A DNA stretch of 64,000 nt from Deferribacterales bacterium (GCA_050251945.1 JBFWLW010000001.1:96001-160000); one strand, 5' to 3'; shown: positions 47,837 through 57,398, counted from the stretch's first letter. Made by a program: numbers and translations. The notes: a model not told the origin generated them from the letters alone.

Positions 47837-49294
47837 ATGATTACCGAAAACGGTTTTATAGAACTTGCGTATTCGCTCGTAAGGATACGCGATCTCGACG
47901 AACTGCTTGATACCATGCTCGGAAGAATAAGAAATATGCTGTCCGCAGATGCCGGAAGCATATTCATTTATGATGAAGACAAAGACGAACTCATATTCAG
48001 CTACACCCAGAACGATTCCATCGAACTGCCGTTTAAAAAATTTCGTATGAAAGCAAACGAGCAGAGCATCGCGGGTTTCTGTGCGGTTCGTAACAGCCTT
48101 ATCAGGCTCGACGACGTTTACCATCTTGATAACAAATTTCCTTTCAAATTTAACCAGAGCTTCGACGAAATGTCAGGCTACCGCACAAAGTCCATGCTGG
48201 TCTTCCCTATCAATGATATAAACGGGAGACTTATCGGCATTTTACAGCTTATAAACAAAAAAATTAAAGACGTTCCCGTTAACAATGACACTGTTGACGA
48301 GGCGGTCGCCATATTTAACTCACAGGACGAGACCACTGCGCATTCTTTGAGCGGTATAGTCGGCATGGCGCTTGAAAACGCTCTTCTTTACGAAAGTATA
48401 GAGGCGATGTGGGAAGGTTTCATTCAGGCATGCATGACAGCGATCGACTCGCGCGACCCTGTTACCGGTGGGCACAGCGAACGCGTTACAACATTGACAA
48501 TGGCGATAGCGGAAGCGATGAGCGGGGACGATACGTTCCCTGATTTCAACCTCAGCCCCGAACAGATGCGCTCTCTGAAATACTCCTGTATGCTCCATGA
48601 CTTCGGTAAACTGGTCATCAGCGAGAACATATTGCAGAAAGCCGATAAGCTTTATCCCGGTATGATGGATGTAATCCGCTACAGGTTTGCAATGGCAAAA
48701 GCGGTTGCGAAGGCTCAAGATAAACCCTCGGAAGTTCTTTACGAGCTTGATACTCTGCTTGAAAAGGTTTTTATGGCGAATATCCCCACCGTTCTGGACG
48801 GGGAAACCTCTGCCGGTCTGGACAAATGTCTCAATTATATATTTGAAGACGTAGACGGCAACAAACACCAGCTTCTTACAGAAAAGGAATACGCTTATCT
48901 CAGCATAAATCGCGGTTCCCTTACGCCGCATGAAAGGGATATCATAGAGAGTCATGTCAAACATACGTACGAATTTTTAAGCAAGATCCCATGGACAAAG
49001 GAACTGAAACATGTTCCCGCTGTTGCCGCCATGCACCATGAAAAACTGAACGGAGGCGGGTATCCATTCGGGCTTCATGCGGACGATATTGTCACGCAGG
49101 GAAGAATTATGGCGATAGCTGATATTTATGATGCCCTGACCGCACAGGACAGACCGTATAAAAAAGCGATGCCTGTGGAAAAAGCATGTGCTATACTCTT
49201 GGATGAAGCAGAACGGAACGTTCTGGATATTGACATTGTAAAATTCTTCATTAAGAATGAGATTTATAAATGTCTCGACAGGAGGAAGAATTGA
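47837..49294 (+). CDS. GAF plus HD-GYP cyclic-dinucleotide phosphodiesterase
   Basis: FD..SGYRTKSML, LQLINK GAF motifs; GHSERV, HDFGK, HHEKLNGGGYP, IADIYDALTA.DRPYK. Confidence 0.92.
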   Translation: MITENGFIELAYSLVRIRDLDELLDTMLGRIRNMLSADAGSIFIYDEDKDELIFSYTQNDSIELPFKKFRMKANEQSIAGFCAVRNSLIRLDDVYHLDNKFPFKFNQSFDEMSGYRTKSMLVFPINDINGRLIGILQLINKKIKDVPVNNDTVDEAVAIFNSQDETTAHSLSGIVGMALENALLYESIEAMWEGFIQACMTAIDSRDPVTGGHSERVTTLTMAIAEAMSGDDTFPDFNLSPEQMRSLKYSCMLHDFGKLVISENILQKADKLYPGMMDVIRYRFAMAKAVAKAQDKPSEVLYELDTLLEKVFMANIPTVLDGETSAGLDKCLNYIFEDVDGNKHQLLTEKEYAYLSINRGSLTPHERDIIESHVKHTYEFLSKIPWTKELKHVPAVAAMHHEKLNGGGYPFGLHADDIVTQGRIMAIADIYDALTAQDRPYKKAMPVEKACAILLDEAERNVLDIDIVKFFIKNEIYKCLDRRKN

Positions 49295-49644
49295 AAACTC
49301 TATTAGTTGTGGATGACGACGAGAACATCAGGCTCATTCTGAGAGAAGAGTTTTGCTTTGCAGGCTTTAATGTTGTAACCGCAATAGACGGCGAAGAGGG
49401 TCTTGTCGCTTTCAACGAGCAAAACATTGATGTTGTCATCCTTGACCTTGATATGCCCAAACTGACCGGGGAAGAGGTTGCCATGAAGCTTCATGCGCAG
49501 GCGCCGGAAGTCCCCGTTATCATCTATACAGGAAATTCCGAAAGGCTGGAACAGCAGTTGGGACTTAAGTATGACGCTTTGGTTCTGAAGTCCAGCGGTA
49601 TCGACGAACTGGTTGCGAAGGTCGCTGAACTGGCAAATGTTTGA
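49291..49644 (+). CDS. Single-domain response regulator
   Basis: VVDDD, LDLDMP, YTG, K; TTG start with AGGAGG RBS. Confidence 0.88.
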   Translation: MKTLLVVDDDENIRLILREEFCFAGFNVVTAIDGEEGLVAFNEQNIDVVILDLDMPKLTGEEVAMKLHAQAPEVPVIIYTGNSERLEQQLGLKYDALVLKSSGIDELVAKVAELANV

Positions 49645-50392
49645 TATTTCTCTTTATGAAAGTTTCCGCGGGAAATCCGGCGGAATAATTTCTCTGGACA
49701 GTGTCAACTCAACCAATATTTACGCGGTGTCGGGCAGTTTCCCTGCGTTCACAGTTGTGACGGCGGAAGAACAGACCGCAGGACGCGGACGCAGCGGGCG
49801 TAAATGGCACAGTGTGAAAGGTCTGAATCTTTATTTTTCTATAGTTCTGAACGGTATCGAACCTCAGAAGCTTCTGCCTATGAATATCTTTGCCGGATAT
49901 GTCATGGCAGATACGCTCAGGGATGTTGCCGAAATAAAGATAAAATGGCCCAACGATATCATAGCAGGCGGAAAAAAACTTGCCGGAATACTGATGGAAA
50001 CATCGTTTTCGGGCGGCACACTGGAAAAAGCTGTACTGGGTATAGGACTGAATGTCAATATTGACGAATTTCCGGAAGACATCGCAATGATGGCAACATC
50101 ATTAAAAGTTTTAACGGGGAGAAATTTTTCCAGAGAAGAACTTCTCGCTTCGTATATGAACAATTTTGAAGCTGCCTATGATGATTTTATAACAGATCGT
50201 ATAAATTTGGTAAAACTTTGGTCTGATTACTCCGCTTTTCTTGACAAAAAGATTTCTATACATAAAGATGGAGTGAAAACTCAATACACCGAAAGGGGTA
50301 TTGATCAGTTCGGCTGTCTTAAAGCTGAAAACGCCGAGGGCAGATCCGAAACTATCGTAACCGGAGATATCGGATATGATTTTTGCCGTTGA
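49637..50392 (+). CDS. birA: Biotin--[acetyl-CoA carboxylase] ligase (no HTH)
   Basis: STN, QTAGRGRSGR.W, KWPND, KLAGIL, GIGLNVN. Confidence 0.95.
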   Translation: MFDISLYESFRGKSGGIISLDSVNSTNIYAVSGSFPAFTVVTAEEQTAGRGRSGRKWHSVKGLNLYFSIVLNGIEPQKLLPMNIFAGYVMADTLRDVAEIKIKWPNDIIAGGKKLAGILMETSFSGGTLEKAVLGIGLNVNIDEFPEDIAMMATSLKVLTGRNFSREELLASYMNNFEAAYDDFITDRINLVKLWSDYSAFLDKKISIHKDGVKTQYTERGIDQFGCLKAENAEGRSETIVTGDIGYDFCR

Positions 50393-51152
50393 CATAGGCA
50401 ACACAAACATTGTTATTGGTATTTTTGAGAAGGGCAGCAGCAATCTTGTCTGCAATTTCCGCGTACAGTCAAGCACCAGCAGAACAACAGACGAATATGC
50501 CGCCATCATCATGAGACTGATGGAGAGCGAAAACGTTAAGTCTTCCGACATATCCGGAGTCATAATCGCAAGCGTTGTTCCCAGACTTATCTTCACATTC
50601 ACTAAATTTGCACGCAAATACCTCGACAAAGAGGCGCTGGTGATTGCTCCCGGCGTTAAAACAGGTATACCCATAAAGATGGAAAACCCGAAAGAGGTGG
50701 GGGCGGACAGGATCGTTAACGCCGTCGCCGCAAAGGTGAAATACGGCTATCCTGCCATTGTTGTGGATTTCGGCACAGCCACCACATTCGATGTTATCAG
50801 CCGTCAGGGCGACTACATCGGCGGTGTTATCTGCCCCGGGATAAAACTTTCGACTCAGATACTGCACTCGAATACGGCGAAACTGCCTGAGGTGGAGATC
50901 GAGCGTGTGGACACCGTAATCGGAAAGAACACTATTCATTCTATACAGTCCGGAATCTATTTCGGCTATCTTGAGATGGTCGACGGCATTATCCGCAGGA
51001 TACTTGCCGAGGAGTTTGAAGGCGAGATGATCCCTGTCATCTCCACCGGAGGACTAGGCAGCGTTTTTGCAGAAGAAAGCAAATATATAAAGCGCTATGA
51101 ACCTAATCTGACCCTTGAAGGTCTGAAAATTATCTACGAAAAAAATATTTAA
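50376..51152 (+). CDS. coaX: Type III pantothenate kinase
   Basis: DIGNTN, SVVP, GADR, VDFGTATT, GG.I.PG, TGG. Confidence 0.96.
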   Translation: MIFAVDIGNTNIVIGIFEKGSSNLVCNFRVQSSTSRTTDEYAAIIMRLMESENVKSSDISGVIIASVVPRLIFTFTKFARKYLDKEALVIAPGVKTGIPIKMENPKEVGADRIVNAVAAKVKYGYPAIVVDFGTATTFDVISRQGDYIGGVICPGIKLSTQILHSNTAKLPEVEIERVDTVIGKNTIHSIQSGIYFGYLEMVDGIIRRILAEEFEGEMIPVISTGGLGSVFAEESKYIKRYEPNLTLEGLKIIYEKNI

Positions 51153-51182
51153 CGGCTTAATATCAAGCCGATGGCGGGGAAT

Positions 51183-52115
51183 ATGAGCAAACTCGGATCA
51201 TTTCTGAAAGAAACCAGAGAAGCACAGGGATTAGGCTATGAAAAAGTCACTCAGGAAACCAAAATGAGTGAAGATATCATAAAACAGCTCGAAGATGGCG
51301 GTTTTGCAGAGCTTCCTTCATACAACCACGCAAAGAACTTCGTTAAAAACTACGCAGAATATCTGGGTCTCGACCCTGACGATACAATGAGTATGCTTCA
51401 GGAAGAGTGTACCCGCGAAACCTTCAGCAAGGAACCTCAGATCGTTTTCAGCCCTGAATTCCCTCCGAAAGAAGATCCTGAAAACTCTTCATTCCTTATG
51501 AAATACGTCCTTCCGGTAGTTGTAATTGCGCTGATTATTTTTGCAGGTACGAAACTTTTTTTCTCTGTGAAAGGTGCTAAGAAAGCCCCCGAACCCGTTG
51601 TTTCCGAGCAGCAGCAGACACCGGAACCGTCTGCCGCACAGCAGGTTCCGGCACAGGACGACACGACATTCAATACTGTTGACCCTAAAACCGTCGAAAA
51701 AACCATAGAAGAGGTTAATTCTGCGGAAGAAAAAGCGCAGGCTGAGGCAAACGCGGAGGTCAAACCGGAAGATGCCGCCACAGCGGATGCTGACAAAACC
51801 AAAACAGACGATACAACCAAAGAGAATAAAGCCGTTAAAACCGGCAATATGGCTATCCTTAATTTTGCCGACGTATGCTGGGTGCACGTGAAATCCGACA
51901 CGGGTGAGGAACTCGATTTCATAGCCAGCAGAGGCAGTCATAAAGAAGTATCCTTCAAACAATTCTTCATACTCGATGTTGGCAACGCGGCTGTGGCATC
52001 GGTTAATTTCAACGGAAGAACAATTGCCGGGCTGGGCGGGTATAAACAGCCGGCAAAGGGTCTGAAGTTTGAACCGAATGAAAGCGGTGTGCTTAAGTAC
52101 AGCGTTGTAAAATAA
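51183..52115 (+). CDS. rodZ: RodZ-like HTH membrane protein
   Basis: N-terminal HTH (LKETRE..YAEYLGLD), TM, linker, C-terminal CWV..GNAA domain. Confidence 0.82.
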   Translation: MSKLGSFLKETREAQGLGYEKVTQETKMSEDIIKQLEDGGFAELPSYNHAKNFVKNYAEYLGLDPDDTMSMLQEECTRETFSKEPQIVFSPEFPPKEDPENSSFLMKYVLPVVVIALIIFAGTKLFFSVKGAKKAPEPVVSEQQQTPEPSAAQQVPAQDDTTFNTVDPKTVEKTIEEVNSAEEKAQAEANAEVKPEDAATADADKTKTDDTTKENKAVKTGNMAILNFADVCWVHVKSDTGEELDFIASRGSHKEVSFKQFFILDVGNAAVASVNFNGRTIAGLGGYKQPAKGLKFEPNESGVLKYSVVK

Positions 52116-52170
52116 GTCTTGAAATAATCCGACATCAGCTTATTCTATTAAAGACAAGAAAGGTGTTTTT

Positions 52171-52980
52171 ATGCGTCAATTTTCCGTATCTGTTTATGCG
52201 AATGAAAATCTCGTTCTCTCCGAAGTGCTTGGGAAACTTGAAGATGAGTTTCCCTTTGTAAGTCTTTCCGTTTACGGTAACAGCCTGGCGCATACGTCGC
52301 TTTCTACTGCTACAAACGAATATGATGTTCTTCCTGCCGGAATGATAAGCGGCGGGGACATACTCCTTGTGCTTTCAGACCCGAAAGACGACATGGAGAT
52401 TTTGGTGCAGTTTGAGGGCGACATCGTGGATTTCACGGGTGCAATGACCGGCGATGACGTTTATCATGTTGAAGAGCCTGTGGCATATCTTATAAACGCC
52501 GTTCAGATTAAGGCGGAAGATATGGACGCAGTTGCTATGCTGCCTGCGGCTGTGTTCGGAAAAAGCGGTATCGATGACATGATCATCCAGACCAGAGAGC
52601 TTTTTACTTTTTCCAGTGCCGAAACGAAAGTGTTTGAGGAAAGACTTCCTTTTAACCTGTTCTTTTCTGATATGAATACGGGCTTTTTGAGCGGATTCCG
52701 TCAGAAGATAATGGCTGAAACAGGCGTGGACGTGGACATTAGAATGGGAGCAATTTCAACCGGATTTGTTCTTGACTTATATTTTAAAAAAGATGTAAAT
52801 AAGGACTTCGGATACATTACTGAATCAGTAGGATTTGTCCCGACAATGGCAGATGTGTGCGCAAGAAAGCGTCCTGTCACGGTTTTCAGATCAAAGAACA
52901 GACTCAGCATAGCCGGAGACTACATAAATATAATCTGTTTACAGATAACAGATGCATTCAAAGACATCATTGGAGAATAA
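52171..52980 (+). CDS. Degenerate aspartate-semialdehyde dehydrogenase/Usg-like protein
   Basis: AAVFGKSGIDDMIIQTRELF...VFEERLPFNL matches the Asd/Usg dimerisation region; NAD(P)-binding and catalytic motifs absent. Confidence 0.55.
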   Translation: MRQFSVSVYANENLVLSEVLGKLEDEFPFVSLSVYGNSLAHTSLSTATNEYDVLPAGMISGGDILLVLSDPKDDMEILVQFEGDIVDFTGAMTGDDVYHVEEPVAYLINAVQIKAEDMDAVAMLPAAVFGKSGIDDMIIQTRELFTFSSAETKVFEERLPFNLFFSDMNTGFLSGFRQKIMAETGVDVDIRMGAISTGFVLDLYFKKDVNKDFGYITESVGFVPTMADVCARKRPVTVFRSKNRLSIAGDYINIICLQITDAFKDIIGE

Positions 52981-52982
52981 GC

Positions 52983-54164
52983 ATGATATATCTCGATAAT
53001 GTTGCAGGAACCAAACCTGATGCCAGAGTGGTTGAAAAAATGCTTCCGTTTTACACAGAACATTACGGAAACCCCTCTGCTCATTTCTATCCCATCGGAC
53101 GGGAAGCTTTCGAGGCTATGGAAGCGGCAAGAGGAGAGGTTGCCTCTTTTATAAATGCGAAAGCGGAGGAGATTGTTTTCACCTCATGCGGAACAGAATC
53201 GAACAACCTTGCCATCAAAGGGTTTCTTAAGAACTCCAAGAATAGCGGCAAGCATATCATCATAAGCGAGATAGAGCATTTTTCGGTGGACTCCACTGTG
53301 ACTAAGCTCATGAACGACGGTTATGAGATAACAAAGCTCAGGGTTGACGATTCGGGTCTTGTTAATCCCGACGACCTGAAAAAAGCCATGAGAAAGGATA
53401 CTGCGCTGGTTTCAATTCAGCACACCAATCCGGAGATCGGCACGATGCAGTATACCGATAAACTCGGTGCTGTATGCCGCGAAGCAGGTATTACGTTCCA
53501 TGTGGACGCCGTTGCTGCGGCCGGTTTTTCAGAACTTGATGTTAAGGCGCTCAACTGTGACATGCTCTCCATAGCTTCACAGAACTTTTACGGTCCCAAG
53601 GGAGCTGGGGCGCTTTATATCCGCGACGGCGTTAAAGTCAGCGGTCTTATGGACGGCGGACATCAGGAACGCGGTTACAGAAGCGGAACAGAAAACGTTC
53701 CTGCCATCGTTGGCATGGGCGAAGCGGCACGTATCGCAAAAGCAGAAATGGGTGTTTGGGTTCCCGAACTTGTAAGACTCCAGAAACAGCTCTGGGACGG
53801 ACTGGGCGGAATGTTCGATTTCCTGCATTTTACAGGAAACAAGGACAGACGCAGACCCGGACACGTCAGCTTCTGGATTGAGTACATCGAAGGCGAATCA
53901 CTGCTTATGTGGCTGTCTCTGAAAGGGTTTGCATGTGCAAGCGGTTCCGCCTGTTCATCAAACATCCTTGCGGAAGATGAGGAAGACCTCGCGGCTTCAT
54001 ACGTTCTGACAGCGGTCGGTGTTCCCAGTGACATCTGTGCGGGTTCGCTCGGTATGTCTATGTCAAAATACAACACACAAGACGACATTGATAACGTTCT
54101 GAAAGTAATGCCCGAAACGGTGCAGAGACTTTGCGAAATGTCGCCCATGTATAACAGAAAATAG
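52983..54164 (+). CDS. iscS: Cysteine desulfurase family protein (IscS/NifS-like) with Asn at the PLP-lysine position
   Basis: YLDN, GNPS, FTSCGTESNN, EH, HVDA, SQNFYGPKG, RSGTENVP, SGSACSS. Confidence 0.85.
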   Translation: MIYLDNVAGTKPDARVVEKMLPFYTEHYGNPSAHFYPIGREAFEAMEAARGEVASFINAKAEEIVFTSCGTESNNLAIKGFLKNSKNSGKHIIISEIEHFSVDSTVTKLMNDGYEITKLRVDDSGLVNPDDLKKAMRKDTALVSIQHTNPEIGTMQYTDKLGAVCREAGITFHVDAVAAAGFSELDVKALNCDMLSIASQNFYGPKGAGALYIRDGVKVSGLMDGGHQERGYRSGTENVPAIVGMGEAARIAKAEMGVWVPELVRLQKQLWDGLGGMFDFLHFTGNKDRRRPGHVSFWIEYIEGESLLMWLSLKGFACASGSACSSNILAEDEEDLAASYVLTAVGVPSDICAGSLGMSMSKYNTQDDIDNVLKVMPETVQRLCEMSPMYNRK

Positions 54165-54190
54165 AGCTTCTTAAAAATAGGAGGAGAACA

Positions 54191-54625
54191 ATGGCAAAAG
54201 GACCTTACAGCGATAAAGTTATGGATCATTTCATGAATCCCAGAAATATGGGAGAAATTTCGGACGCAAACGGCATCGGCGAAGTGGGAAACCCCGCTTG
54301 CGGCGACGTCATGAAAATATTCCTCAAGATTAACGACGATCAGATATGTGAAGACGTAAAGTTCAAAACATTCGGATGCGGCGCTGCAATTGCTTCCAGC
54401 TCAATGGCTACCGAACTTATGATAGGCAAAAGAGTTGACGAACTTCTCGCCCTGACAAATCAGGCGATCGTAGATGCTCTTGACGGACTGCCCCCTGCTA
54501 AGATACACTGTTCTGTAATGGCTGAAGAAGCTATTGAGGAAGCTCTCAAAAACTATTTCCAATCCAAAGGACAGGATCCGGCGATAGTTGATGAGATGAA
54601 AGCTAAAATTAAAAAAGAGAATTAA
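54191..54625 (+). CDS. iscU: Fe-S cluster scaffold IscU/NifU-N
   Basis: YSDKVMDHF.NPRN.G, GNPACGD, FKTFGCGAAIASSS, LPPAKIHCS. Confidence 0.95.
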   Translation: MAKGPYSDKVMDHFMNPRNMGEISDANGIGEVGNPACGDVMKIFLKINDDQICEDVKFKTFGCGAAIASSSMATELMIGKRVDELLALTNQAIVDALDGLPPAKIHCSVMAEEAIEEALKNYFQSKGQDPAIVDEMKAKIKKEN

Positions 54626-54640
54626 TACGGAGGATACACG

Positions 54641-54868
54641 ATGAGCCTTAGAGAAAAAGTTGAAGAAGTTCTGGATCAGGTTAGACCCACTCTTCAGGCT
54701 GACGGCGGAGACATCACTCTCCTTGACGTTTCCGAAGACGGCGTTGTTAAAGTACAGCTCACCGGAGCTTGCGGTTCCTGCCCCTTCAGCACTATGACAC
54801 TGAAACACGGTGTCGAGGCAAGACTGAAAGATATGATTCCTGAAGTCAAAGAAGTACTTTCCATATAA
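54641..54868 (+). CDS. Nfu (NifU C-terminal) family Fe-S carrier
   Basis: [27 protein letters not shown]. Confidence 0.93.
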   Translation: MSLREKVEEVLDQVRPTLQADGGDITLLDVSEDGVVKVQLTGACGSCPFSTMTLKHGVEARLKDMIPEVKEVLSI

Positions 54869-54894
54869 CAGAAAAGGCGACCATGAGGTCGCCT

Positions 54895-55034
54895 CAGGTT
54901 GTTGACAAACTACAGATTCATACAAAACCATTAGACTGCTTCGGGCTAAAGCCCTCGCAGAGACAGGTTTTTCTTTCCGTCTTTGCGAGAGAAGCGACGC
55001 AATCTAATCTTTTCTCCTCTTTGTCATCAGTCTG
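54895..55034 (-). mobile_element. MITE-like element copy 3 (inverted) with perfect 20-bp target duplication
   Basis: CAGGTTGTTGACAAA ... TTTGTCATCAGTCTG; AGGCGACCATGAGGTCGCCT at both 54875-54894 and 55035-55054; internal REP pair. Confidence 0.85.
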
Positions 55035-55081
55035 AGGCGACCATGAGGTCGCCTTTCTTTTTACCAATTTTCAAAATAATA

Positions 55082-55501
55082 TTAAAGCTTGTGCAGCAGA
55101 GCCTTAAGGATATCACCGAGTGATATAAGCCCTACAAGTTTTCCTTCCGCGTCAACCACAGGAAGTCTGTGGCGGAACTTCTCAAGAACTATCGTTGCCG
55201 CCTCTTCAACTGTCGCGTCTGCGCCTATTGTTACTGCCGGCATATGCATAACACGTTTAATAGGCTCGGCGGTAAGTTCCCTGACGTCAACAAGAGGTAT
55301 GTACTGAGCCTCATTAAGAATGTCAGGCAGAGCCTTGGCTATGTCGGCTTCGCTGAATGTGCCGAGCACCTTATTGTTCTTGTCCACCACCGGCAGACCG
55401 GAAATGTTTTTCTTCCTGATGCGGAGGATAACCTCTTTAATGGTTTCGTCCGGACCGGCTGTGACCACGTTTGTGGCCATAATATCACGAATTTTCATCA
55501 T
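55082..55501 (-). CDS. CBS domain pair protein
   Basis: IRDIM...VVT, ISGLPVVD, RLPVVD.EGKLVGLIS..DI. Confidence 0.92.
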   Translation of the reverse strand: MMKIRDIMATNVVTAGPDETIKEVILRIRKKNISGLPVVDKNNKVLGTFSEADIAKALPDILNEAQYIPLVDVRELTAEPIKRVMHMPAVTIGADATVEEAATIVLEKFRHRLPVVDAEGKLVGLISLGDILKALLHKL

Positions 55502-55511
55502 AACTCCTGCG

Positions 55512-57398
55512 TTACATCTGCATGGCGATTTCTTTCAGTATGTCACGCAGTATCACCCCGTCCGGAGACTTAGGAATCATCCGCGTGAATCTGATATCGC
55601 CCGGCATAGCAATTTCGCCAATTTCGTTCAGTATTGTTTCTTTGATTTCCCTGATAATCTGGTCGTTGTAACTTTCGTCTTTCTTATCCTTCAGTACGCA
55701 GAATGCGATAAGCTTTTCGCCTCTTTTCTCGTCAACAATGTTGATGATGGCACATTCTTTAACTTTGGGATATTTTTTGACCGCATCTTCGATCTCCATC
55801 AGGCTCATTCTCTTCCCTCCGATGTGGAATACATCATCAAGACGACCTGTGAGGATCATATTAAAATTATCATCATATTGCCCGCCGTCACCCGTACTGA
55901 AATATGGTTTCGACTGAGCGTCCTTTTTCCAATATAGTTTTTCAAATAAACCCGTCTGCCCGAAGACAGACCGCGCCAGAGGAGCGAAAGGGGCATTCAA
56001 TACTATTTCACCTTGAGTATTGCTTATATCTATAACATGTTTTGAAGTTTTGTCCAGTAAAACCGCAGGCACACACGGTAAATGTTTACCTACGGTACCG
56101 TACTCTATGTCGTTATATCCTGCTATTGAAGCGAAAATTGCGCCTCCCGCCTCTGTCATGGAATAGATGTCAAATATAACTGCCCGATTGGAACAGAGTT
56201 TTACGGACACCCACTCTAAAAGTTCTTCGCGCATCTTTTCGCCTCCGGTTGCCACCATTTCAAGGGCAGGAAGGTTGCGGAAAATACTTTTTTTCTGGCT
56301 TGCGTTCATAAGCGACTGCAATGCAGATGGGGTAGTGTATAGTTTGTTAACGCTGTATTTACTGCATATGTCAAAAAAACCGTTAGCGTTGTCGATACTT
56401 ATAGTGTCTTCGCAGACAAGTACCGTCTGACCCGCCATTAGCGGTCCGTATACCTGATACGAATGTCCGGTTATCCACGAAATATCTGCCGTACACCAGT
56501 AAGTGTCGGTATCTTTTTTATCGAACAGCATGAGATATGAGAGATACGCCCAGAGCATGTATCCGCCGTAGGAATAGGTGAGGGCTTTCGGTTCACCCAT
56601 TGCTGTGGAGGTATAGAGCATGAACATGGTGTCTTCCGCGTTAACAGGCTCAAGTTTAAGTTCTGACGCGTCGCAGTGTACCTCGTCGGAGATAAGGTCG
56701 TGATACCAGAGATCCCGCAAGGGCTTCATATGTACCCGCTTACCTGTTCTTGTCACCACAATGCAGTATTTAGGGTTGTGACTGCTCTTTGTCAGGGCAT
56801 TATCCAGCTTTTCCTTCATGTTGAAGTGTCCGCCTGTCACAGATTCATCGGATGTAACGATGATCGCCGGTTTGCAGTCGTTGATTCTGTCCGCCAGAGA
56901 TTCTGCGGAATAGCTCGCGTGGTACAGCACATGCACCGCGCCGATGCTTGAGCAGGCGAGCATAAAAACGATAAGTTCAGGCATGTTCGGCATATGGAGA
57001 AGCACTCTGTCGCCACGTTTTATACCGAGCTTCATTAGTGCTGCCGAGCATTTTATCACTTCGGAATAGAGGGACTGATATGTGTAAACGCTCTGGGTGC
57101 CGTCACTGCCGACCCAGATTATTGCGGCTTTATTCTTCGCGTGGGTTTTCAGGTGTTTTATAAGAATATTTTTTATGGGACACAGCTTTCCGCCTTTGAA
57201 AAAGGTGTACCCGCCAGCGAGATCCGTTGTTACCGTGTTTTTGAATTTCTCTTCCCAAATAAGAAAGCGGGTACCGAGATATTCGTACATTTCGTCGCTA
57301 TCCGTAAACGACTCAATGCGCTTGAGTTCATGCAGGGATATCTCAGACCTGTCAAAATGCGCAAAATTGGCTTTAAGTTTTTCTATGTGCTTGCTCAT
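55512..57398 (-). CDS. Acetyl-CoA synthetase-like protein with degenerate catalytic motifs
   Basis: Acs-like throughout (RDLWYHDL, YWCTADISWITGHSYQVYGPL, TGDG, GRLDD) but YTSTAMGEPKA and PKSPDGV replace YTSGSTGKPKG and PKTRSGK. Confidence 0.8.
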   Translation of the reverse strand: MSKHIEKLKANFAHFDRSEISLHELKRIESFTDSDEMYEYLGTRFLIWEEKFKNTVTTDLAGGYTFFKGGKLCPIKNILIKHLKTHAKNKAAIIWVGSDGTQSVYTYQSLYSEVIKCSAALMKLGIKRGDRVLLHMPNMPELIVFMLACSSIGAVHVLYHASYSAESLADRINDCKPAIIVTSDESVTGGHFNMKEKLDNALTKSSHNPKYCIVVTRTGKRVHMKPLRDLWYHDLISDEVHCDASELKLEPVNAEDTMFMLYTSTAMGEPKALTYSYGGYMLWAYLSYLMLFDKKDTDTYWCTADISWITGHSYQVYGPLMAGQTVLVCEDTISIDNANGFFDICSKYSVNKLYTTPSALQSLMNASQKKSIFRNLPALEMVATGGEKMREELLEWVSVKLCSNRAVIFDIYSMTEAGGAIFASIAGYNDIEYGTVGKHLPCVPAVLLDKTSKHVIDISNTQGEIVLNAPFAPLARSVFGQTGLFEKLYWKKDAQSKPYFSTGDGGQYDDNFNMILTGRLDDVFHIGGKRMSLMEIEDAVKKYPKVKECAIINIVDEKRGEKLIAFCVLKDKKDESYNDQIIREIKETILNEIGEIAMPGDIRFTRMIPKSPDGVILRDILKEIAMQM

